The position numbers were made by a program, and so were the translations under genes. The notes beneath the pieces are model-generated. The model had not been told where the DNA came from. It ran no database searches and saw nothing but the letters and a program-made list of their open reading frames with translations. This document shows, piece after piece, positions 57,292 through 64,000 of a stretch of DNA of 64,000 bases (position 1 is its first letter; every line of letters begins with the position of its first letter). This DNA is from a phage: the sequence record OZ335958.1, one strand, 5' to 3'.

Positions 57292-60200
57292 CAGTAAAAG
57301 CACCTTCAGTCACTAGTCTCAGAATTTCCAAGTTATCCGCAAATCAGGTGCAAGTACGCTGGGATGACGTTGGTGCTAATTTCTACTATTTTGTAGAAAT
57401 CGCTGAGACAAAAACAAACTCGGGGGGAAATCTCCCGAGTAATCAATACCAATGGATTAACTTAGGATATACTGCAAATAACAGCTTCTTTTTTGATAAT
57501 GCTAATCCATTGACATCGTACATTATTAGAGTAGCTACAGCTGCGCAGGATTTTGAGCAATCTGATTGGATTTATACCGAAGAGTTTGAAACTTTTGCTA
57601 CAAACGCTTATACATTTCAAAACATGATTGAAATGCAATTAGCTAATAAATTCATTCAGGAAAAATTTACTCTTAATAATTCTGACTATGTTAATTTTAA
57701 TAATGACACTATAATGGCTGCATTGATGAATGAATCATTCCAATTCAGCCCATCATATGCTGATGTTTCATCAATAAGTAATTTTATTATTGGTGAAAAT
57801 GAGTATCATGAAATACAAGGTTCTATTCAGCAAGTATGTAAGGATATTAACCGAGTTTATTTGATGGAATCAGAAGGGATTCTATATCTTTTTGAGCGCT
57901 ATCAGCCTGTAGTTAAAGTATCCAATGATAAAGGACAAACCTGGAAAGCTGTAAAGCTCTTCAATGACCGTGTAGGATATCCTTTATCTAAGACTGTATA
58001 TTACCAATCTGCGAGCACAACATATGTTCTAGGATACGACAAGATTTTCTATGGCCGCAAATCTACTGATGTTAGATGGTCAGCTGATGATGTCAGATTT
58101 AGTTCGCAGGACATAACATTCGCTAAACTTGGTGATCAACTTCATTTGGGATTTGATGTTGAAATCTTTGGTACTTATGCTACATTACCTGCAAATGTGT
58201 ATCGTATAGCTGAAGCTATTACTTGCACCGATGATTACATTTACGTTGTCGCCAGAGACAAAGTTAGATATATAAAAACGAGCAATGCACCTATAGATTC
58301 TGATCCATTATCTCCAACATATTCAGAAAGGCTATTTGAACCTGATACAATGACTATAACTGGAAATCCTAAAGCAGTATGCTATAAAATGGATTCTATT
58401 GGTGATAAAGTTTTTGCTCTTATTATCGGTGAAGTTGAAACATTAAATGCTAATCCTAGAACGTCAAAAATAATTGATTCTGCTGATAAAGGAATATATG
58501 TTTTAAATCATGACACAAAAACGTGGAAAAGAGTTTTTGGCAACACTGAAGAAGAAAGAAGACGTATTCAACCTGGGTATGCGAATATGTCAACTGATGG
58601 TAAATTAGTTTCTCTATCTTCGAGTAATTTTAAATTTTTAAGTGATAATATTGTTAATGACCCTGAAACTATAGCAAAATATCAGTTAATCGGTGCCGTT
58701 AAATATGAATTTCCTCGTGAATGGTTAGCTGATAAGCATTATCATATGATGGCATTTATAGCAGATGAAAAGTCTGATTGGGAAACCTTTGCTCCACAAC
58801 CAATGAAATATTATGCTGAACCTTTCTTTAACTGGTCTAAAAAGTCTAATACACGGTGCTGGATAAACAACTCTAATAGGGCTGTGGTAGTTTATGCAGA
58901 TTTAAAATATACTAAAGTTATTGAAAATTTTCCAGAAACATCGCCAGATAGATTAGTTCATGAATACTGGGATGACGGCGATTGCACTATAGTAATGCCA
59001 AACGTTAAATTCACGGGATTTAAAAAATATGCGTCTGGGATGCTTTTTTATAAATCCTCTGGTGAAATAATTTCTTATTATGATTTTAACTATCGAGTGA
59101 GAGACACGGTTGAAATAATTTGGAAGCCAACTGGAATATTTTTAAAAGCATTTTTACAAAACCAAGAGCATGAAACTCCTTGGTCACCAGAAGAAGAGCA
59201 TGGATTAGCTGACCCTGATTTAAGACCATTGATTGGCACAATGATGCCTGATTCTTATTTACTGCAAGATTCGAATTTTGAGGCATTTTGCGAAGCATAT
59301 ATTCAGTATCTTTCTGATGGATATGGAACTCAGTATAACAATTTACGAAATTTAATTCGTAACAAATATCCACGAGAAGAGCATGCATGGGAATATTTGT
59401 GGTCAGAGATATATAAAAGAAACATTTATTTAAATGCTGACAAACGTGATGCTGTTACAAGATTTTTCGAATCACGTAGCTATGATTTTTATTCTACTAA
59501 AGGAATTGAAGCATCATACAAATTTCTTTTTAAAGTTCTTTATAATGAAGAGGTTGAAATTGAAATCGAATCTGGGGCTGGTACTGAATATGATATAATC
59601 GTTCAATCTGATTCTTTGACTGAAGACTTAGTAGGACAAACGATTTATACGGCTACGGGAAGATGTAATGTTACTTATATAGAAAGAAGCTATTCTAATG
59701 GTAAATTGCAATGGACCGTAACTATTCATAATCTTTTGGGAAGATTAATTGCTGGTCAAGAAGTTAAAGCAGAAAGACTTCCGAGTTTTGAAGGCGAAAT
59801 TATTCGTGGGGTTAAAGGAAAGGATTTGCTTCAAAATAATATAGACTATATTAATAGAAGCCGATCATATTATGTAATGAAAATTAAATCCAATTTACCT
59901 TCTTCCCGCTGGAAATCTGACGTTATTCGTTTTGTTCATCCAGTAGGATTTGGATTTATAGCAATTACCCTTTTAACGATGTTTATTAATGTTGGTTTAA
60001 CTCTTAAACATACAGAGACTATAATTAATAAATATAAAAACTACAAATGGGATTCTGGATTGCCTACTGAATATGCTGATAGAGTAGCTAAATTGACTCC
60101 AGCTGGTGAAATTGAACATGATTCAGTAACAGGCGAAGCAATTTATGAACCTGGCCCAATGGCTGGTGTAAAATATCCTCTTCCTGATGACTATAATGCT

Positions 60201-60386
60201 GAAAATAATAATTCAATATTTCAAGGTCAATTGCCTTCTGAACGACGCAAATTAATGAGTCCTCTATTTGACGCATCTGGAACAACATTTGCACAGTTTA
60301 GGGATTTAGTTAATAAACGTCTAAAAGATAATATAGGAAATCCAAGAGACCCTGAAAATCCAACACAGGTTAAAATAGATGAATGA
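57288..60386 (+). CDS. 7: baseplate wedge initiator
   Basis: 1032-aa ORF; T4 gp7 length and order; 4-nt overlap with gene 6. Confidence 0.9.
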   Translation: MTVKAPSVTSLRISKLSANQVQVRWDDVGANFYYFVEIAETKTNSGGNLPSNQYQWINLGYTANNSFFFDNANPLTSYIIRVATAAQDFEQSDWIYTEEFETFATNAYTFQNMIEMQLANKFIQEKFTLNNSDYVNFNNDTIMAALMNESFQFSPSYADVSSISNFIIGENEYHEIQGSIQQVCKDINRVYLMESEGILYLFERYQPVVKVSNDKGQTWKAVKLFNDRVGYPLSKTVYYQSASTTYVLGYDKIFYGRKSTDVRWSADDVRFSSQDITFAKLGDQLHLGFDVEIFGTYATLPANVYRIAEAITCTDDYIYVVARDKVRYIKTSNAPIDSDPLSPTYSERLFEPDTMTITGNPKAVCYKMDSIGDKVFALIIGEVETLNANPRTSKIIDSADKGIYVLNHDTKTWKRVFGNTEEERRRIQPGYANMSTDGKLVSLSSSNFKFLSDNIVNDPETIAKYQLIGAVKYEFPREWLADKHYHMMAFIADEKSDWETFAPQPMKYYAEPFFNWSKKSNTRCWINNSNRAVVVYADLKYTKVIENFPETSPDRLVHEYWDDGDCTIVMPNVKFTGFKKYASGMLFYKSSGEIISYYDFNYRVRDTVEIIWKPTGIFLKAFLQNQEHETPWSPEEEHGLADPDLRPLIGTMMPDSYLLQDSNFEAFCEAYIQYLSDGYGTQYNNLRNLIRNKYPREEHAWEYLWSEIYKRNIYLNADKRDAVTRFFESRSYDFYSTKGIEASYKFLFKVLYNEEVEIEIESGAGTEYDIIVQSDSLTEDLVGQTIYTATGRCNVTYIERSYSNGKLQWTVTIHNLLGRLIAGQEVKAERLPSFEGEIIRGVKGKDLLQNNIDYINRSRSYYVMKIKSNLPSSRWKSDVIRFVHPVGFGFIAITLLTMFINVGLTLKHTETIINKYKNYKWDSGLPTEYADRVAKLTPAGEIEHDSVTGEAIYEPGPMAGVKYPLPDDYNAENNNSIFQGQLPSERRKLMSPLFDASGTTFAQFRDLVNKRLKDNIGNPRDPENPTQVKIDE

Positions 60387-61383
60387 TTCAAGTGTTATCT
60401 ATCGTGCGATAGTTACTTCAAAATTTAGAACAGAAAAAATGTTGAATTTTTATAATTCAATTGGGAGTGGTCCGGATAAAAACACTATCTTTATCACATT
60501 TGGAAGATCAGAACCGTGGTCATCAAATGAAAATGAGGTGGGCTTTGCTCCACCTTATCCAACTGATTCTGTATTGGGTGTAACTGACATGTGGACTCAT
60601 ATGATGGGAACCGTAAAGGTTCTTCCATCTATGCTTGATGCGGTTATTCCTCGTAGAGATTGGGGAGATACTAGATATCCGGATCCATACACATTTAGAA
60701 TTAACGATATTGTAGTGTGTAACTCAGCTCCTTACAATGCTACTGAATCAGGCGCAGGCTGGCTAGTATATCGTTGTTTAGATGTTCCTGACACAGGAAC
60801 ATGCTCAATAGCATCTTTGACTGACAAGGATGAATGTATTAAGTTAGGTGGAAAATGGACTCCTTCTGTTAGGTCAATGACTCCTCCTGAAGGTCGAGGA
60901 GACGCGGAAGGAACAATCGAACCTGGAGACGGATATGTTTGGGAATATCTTTTTGAGATTCCGCCTGATGTATCTATAAATAGATGCACAAATGAATATA
61001 TCGTAGTTCCTTGGCCTGAGGAATTAAAAGAAGACCCAACTAGATGGGGGTATGAAGATAATCTCACTTGGAAACAAGATGATTTTGGATTAATTTATCG
61101 CGTTAAGGCAAACACTATACGTTTTAAAGCATATTTAGATTCAGTTTACTTTCCTGATGCTGCATTACCGGGAAATAAAGGATTTAGACAAATATCAATA
61201 ATCACCAATCCTCTTGAAGCTAAAGTTCATCCAAATGACCCAAACGTTAAAGCTGAAAAGGATTATTATGATCCGGAAGATTTAATGAGGCATTCGGGCG
61301 AAATGATTTATATGGAAAATAGGCCACCTATTATCATGGCAATGGATCAAACAGAAGAAATCAATATTCTGTTTACATTTTAA
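60379..61383 (+). CDS. 8: baseplate wedge protein
   Basis: 334-aa ORF; T4 gp8 length. Confidence 0.9.
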   Translation: MNDSSVIYRAIVTSKFRTEKMLNFYNSIGSGPDKNTIFITFGRSEPWSSNENEVGFAPPYPTDSVLGVTDMWTHMMGTVKVLPSMLDAVIPRRDWGDTRYPDPYTFRINDIVVCNSAPYNATESGAGWLVYRCLDVPDTGTCSIASLTDKDECIKLGGKWTPSVRSMTPPEGRGDAEGTIEPGDGYVWEYLFEIPPDVSINRCTNEYIVVPWPEELKEDPTRWGYEDNLTWKQDDFGLIYRVKANTIRFKAYLDSVYFPDAALPGNKGFRQISIITNPLEAKVHPNDPNVKAEKDYYDPEDLMRHSGEMIYMENRPPIIMAMDQTEEINILFTF

Positions 61384-61388
61384 ATTAA

Positions 61389-61412
61389 GGGAGCCCATAG
61401 GCTCCCTTTTTT
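61389..61412 (+). terminator. rho-independent terminator after gene 8
   Basis: GGGAGCC-CATA-GGCTCCC followed by TTTTTTCTTT. Confidence 0.7.
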
Positions 61413-61415
61413 CTT

Positions 61416-61423
61416 TATAAATA
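61416..61423 (+). promoter_or_regulatory. late promoter TATAAATA for gene 9
   Basis: TATAAATA 25 nt upstream of gene 9 ATG. Confidence 0.6.
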
Positions 61424-61447
61424 CTATAAACTCATAAGGAAACCGCT

Positions 61448-62314
61448 ATGTTCATTCAAGAACCAAAGAAATTGATTGATACCGGCGAAATTGGTAACGC
61501 TTCTACTGGTGATATCTTATTCGACGGTGGTAATAAAATTAATAGTGATTTTAACGCAATTTATAATGCGTTTGGCGATCAGCGCAAAATGGCAGTAGCA
61601 AATGGCACTGGAGCAAATGGCCAAATTATCCATGCTACTGGATATTATCAAAAGCACTCTATAGCAGAGTATGCAACTCCAGTAAAAGTTGGCACTAGAC
61701 ATGATATTGATACCTCTACTGTAGGTGTTAAAGTTATCATTGAAAAAGGCGAACTTGGCGACTGTGTTGAATTTATTAACTCAAATGGGTCAATATCAGT
61801 TACTAATCCTTTAACAATTCAGGCTATTGATTCAATCAAAGGTGTTTCGGGTAATTTGGTAGTAACTAGCCCATATAGTAAAGTTACTTTACGATGTATT
61901 TCATCTGATAATTCTACGTCTGTTTGGAATTATTCTATTGAAAGTATGTTTGGCCAAAAGGAATCACCGGCCGAAGGTACATGGAATATTTCTACGTCTG
62001 GATCAGTTGACATTCCGCTATTTCATCGTACTGAATATAATATGGCTAAATTGTTAGTTACATGCCAATCAGTAGATGGAAGAAAAATTAAAACAGCAGA
62101 AATAAATATTCTTGTAGATACTGTTAATTCAGAGGTCATTTCTTCTGAATATGCTGTCATGCGAGTTGGGAATGAAACTGAAGAAGACGAAATCGCTAAT
62201 ATTGCATTTAGTATTAAAACAAATTATGTAACAGCGACTATAAGTTCTTCAACTGTCGGTATGAGAGCAGCAGTTAAAGTTATCGCTACGCAGAAAATCG
62301 GGGTGGCTCAATAA
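61448..62314 (+). CDS. 9: baseplate wedge / long tail fiber socket protein
   Basis: 288-aa ORF; T4 gp9 length. Confidence 0.9.
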   Translation: MFIQEPKKLIDTGEIGNASTGDILFDGGNKINSDFNAIYNAFGDQRKMAVANGTGANGQIIHATGYYQKHSIAEYATPVKVGTRHDIDTSTVGVKVIIEKGELGDCVEFINSNGSISVTNPLTIQAIDSIKGVSGNLVVTSPYSKVTLRCISSDNSTSVWNYSIESMFGQKESPAEGTWNISTSGSVDIPLFHRTEYNMAKLLVTCQSVDGRKIKTAEINILVDTVNSEVISSEYAVMRVGNETEEDEIANIAFSIKTNYVTATISSSTVGMRAAVKVIATQKIGVAQ

Positions 62315-64000
62315 TGAAACAAAATATTAATATCGGTAATGTTGTTGATGATGGTACCGGTGACTACCTGCGTAAAGGTGGTATAAAAATAAATGAAAAC
62401 TTTGATGAACTTTATTATGAACTCGGTGATGGAGATGTTCCATATTCAGCCGGTGCCTGGAAAACTTATAATGCTTCATCTGGTCAAACACTAAAAGCTA
62501 AGTGGGGAAAATCATACGCTATTAATACCTCTTCTGGAAGAGTAACTTTACAACTTCCTAAAGGAACTGTTAATGATTATAATAAAGTAATTAGAGCTAG
62601 GGATGTATTTGCAACATGGAACATTAATCCAGTTACTTTAGTAGCTGCTTCTGGAGATACAATTAAAGGGTCGTCATCGTCAGTTGAAATTAATATTCAA
62701 TTTAGTGATTTAGAGCTCGTTTATTGCGCACCAGGACGTTGGGAGTATGTCAAAAACAAACAAATTGATAAAATTATTAGTTCAGATATTAGTAATGTAG
62801 CTCGCAAAGAATTTTTAGTAGAAGTTCAAGGACAAACTGACTTTTTAGATATTTTCCGTGGAACTAGTTATAATGTTAATAACATAAGAGTAAAACATCG
62901 CGGTAACGAATTATATTACGGCGATGTATTTAGTGAAAACAGTGACTTTGGCTCTCCAGGGGAAAATGAAGGTGAATTAATTCCTCTTGATGGATTTAAT
63001 ATTAGGTTAAGACAGCCTTGTAATATTGGTGACACTGTTCAAATTGAAACATTTATGGATGGTGTATCACAATGGAGAAGTTCATATACAAGACGCCAAA
63101 TAAAAGTACTAGATTCAAAACTAACATCAAAGACTTCTTTAGAAGGAAGCATTTATGTTACTGATTTATCGGCGATGAAATCAATTCCATTTTCTGCATT
63201 TGGATTAATTCCTGGTGAACCCATTAATCCTAATTCTCTTGAGGTTCGTTTTAATGGAATTTTACAGCAGCAGGCTGGAACAGCTGGATATCCTCTGTTT
63301 TTGTGCGAAGGCGCTAATTCAGATACGCAAGAAGGATGTATATCTCTTGGTGGCGAATGGAAAGAATCAAACACCGATTATTCTATAGAATATGAAGACG
63401 GAAAACCTATCAGTCTTTTATTTGATAGAAAATTTGAATCCGGCGACATTATCGTTATAACATGGTTCAATAACGATTTAGGAACTCTTTTAGAAAAAGA
63501 TGACATCATTGAATTGACTGATGACCGTTATGTTAGCAAAGGATCATCTACCGAGGTTACTGGTGATGTAGCCTTAACGGATTTTGATAAAATTGGTTGG
63601 CCAAATGTTGAAAAAGTTGATTCTTATACTAGAACGTATAATTCAATATCATCTATTTTCGACAGCATTTATCCAGTTGGTTCAATTTATGAAAATGCTA
63701 TAAACCCAAATAATCCAGTGACTTATATGGGATTTGGTTCGTGGAAATTATTTGGTAAAGGACAAGTTTTAGTAGGATGGAACGATGATGTTACAGATCC
63801 AAACTTTGCATTAAACAATAATGATTTAGATTCTAGCGGAAATCCTTCACATACTGCAGGTGGAACAGTTGGAACAACATCAGTAACGCTTGAAAACGCA
63901 AATCTTCCTGCGACTAAAACTGATGAAAGAGTTTTAATTGAAGACGAAAATGGATCAGTTATTATTGGAGGTTGTCAATATGACCCAGATGAAACTGGTC
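62314..64000 (+). CDS. 10: baseplate wedge and short-tail-fiber attachment protein (5 prime partial, runs off window)
   Basis: ATG at 62314 overlaps gene 9 stop (TAATG); MKQNINIGNVVDDGTGDYLRKGG recognised as T4 gp10; open to window end. Confidence 0.85.
   Translation, partial: MKQNINIGNVVDDGTGDYLRKGGIKINENFDELYYELGDGDVPYSAGAWKTYNASSGQTLKAKWGKSYAINTSSGRVTLQLPKGTVNDYNKVIRARDVFATWNINPVTLVAASGDTIKGSSSSVEINIQFSDLELVYCAPGRWEYVKNKQIDKIISSDISNVARKEFLVEVQGQTDFLDIFRGTSYNVNNIRVKHRGNELYYGDVFSENSDFGSPGENEGELIPLDGFNIRLRQPCNIGDTVQIETFMDGVSQWRSSYTRRQIKVLDSKLTSKTSLEGSIYVTDLSAMKSIPFSAFGLIPGEPINPNSLEVRFNGILQQQAGTAGYPLFLCEGANSDTQEGCISLGGEWKESNTDYSIEYEDGKPISLLFDRKFESGDIIVITWFNNDLGTLLEKDDIIELTDDRYVSKGSSTEVTGDVALTDFDKIGWPNVEKVDSYTRTYNSISSIFDSIYPVGSIYENAINPNNPVTYMGFGSWKLFGKGQVLVGWNDDVTDPNFALNNNDLDSSGNPSHTAGGTVGTTSVTLENANLPATKTDERVLIEDENGSVIIGGCQYDPDETG

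Noticed and set aside
59086-61067. Minus-strand ORFs nested in baseplate genes 7 and 8 (59086..59388, 60088..60294, 60732..61067)
   Set aside because: Antisense to strongly supported late structural genes.
63153-63374. 73-aa minus-strand ORF inside gene 10
   Set aside because: Antisense to gp10 coding sequence, which is recognisable in frame through the window end.

Overview
This window is a T4-like (T-even, Tequatrovirus-type) coliphage genome segment; low GC, densely packed, and colinear with the T4 map from the glucosyltransferase/gene 42 region to baseplate gene 10. Calls rest on reading the ORF translations and the raw sequence and on recall of T4 proteins; no database search was run. 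Positions 17-52128 are almost entirely minus-strand early/middle genes: dCMP hydroxymethylase (42), imm, DNA polymerase (43), regA, clamp loader 62/44, clamp 45, rpbA, recombination nuclease 46/47, alpha-glucosyltransferase, sigma factor 55, anaerobic ribonucleotide reductase nrdD (605-aa uninterrupted ORF)/nrdG, endonuclease VII (49), thioredoxin nrdC, rI, thymidine kinase, regB, denV, lysozyme e, nudE, a 10-gene tRNA cluster with an adjacent structured RNA region, then late genes 57B, 57A, 1, 3, 2, 4. Positions 52176-64000 are plus-strand late baseplate genes 53, 5, 5.1, 5.4, 6, 7, 8, 9 and the start of 10. Regulatory signals are recognisable: about eleven T4 early-type promoters (GTTTAC, 18 bp, TAnnnT), TATAAATA late promoters, UUCG-tetraloop intercistronic hairpins, and rho-independent terminators. 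No CRISPR array, integrase, transposase or homing endonuclease was seen. Most noteworthy: a perfect 255-bp tandem duplication at 34994-35503 that creates a chimeric ORF; four proteins with internal-protein-type capsid-targeting N-termini but unrelated bodies (candidate injected anti-defence effectors); an uncharacterised accessory block at 22.4-32 kb (four coiled-coil-tailed proteins in tandem, a P-loop ATPase, a Pol-beta-type nucleotidyltransferase, a paralog pair, membrane proteins); a macro-domain protein; a GrcA-like glycyl-radical cofactor with host-like codon usage; and a tRNA set that appears expanded (Asn, Tyr) relative to T4.
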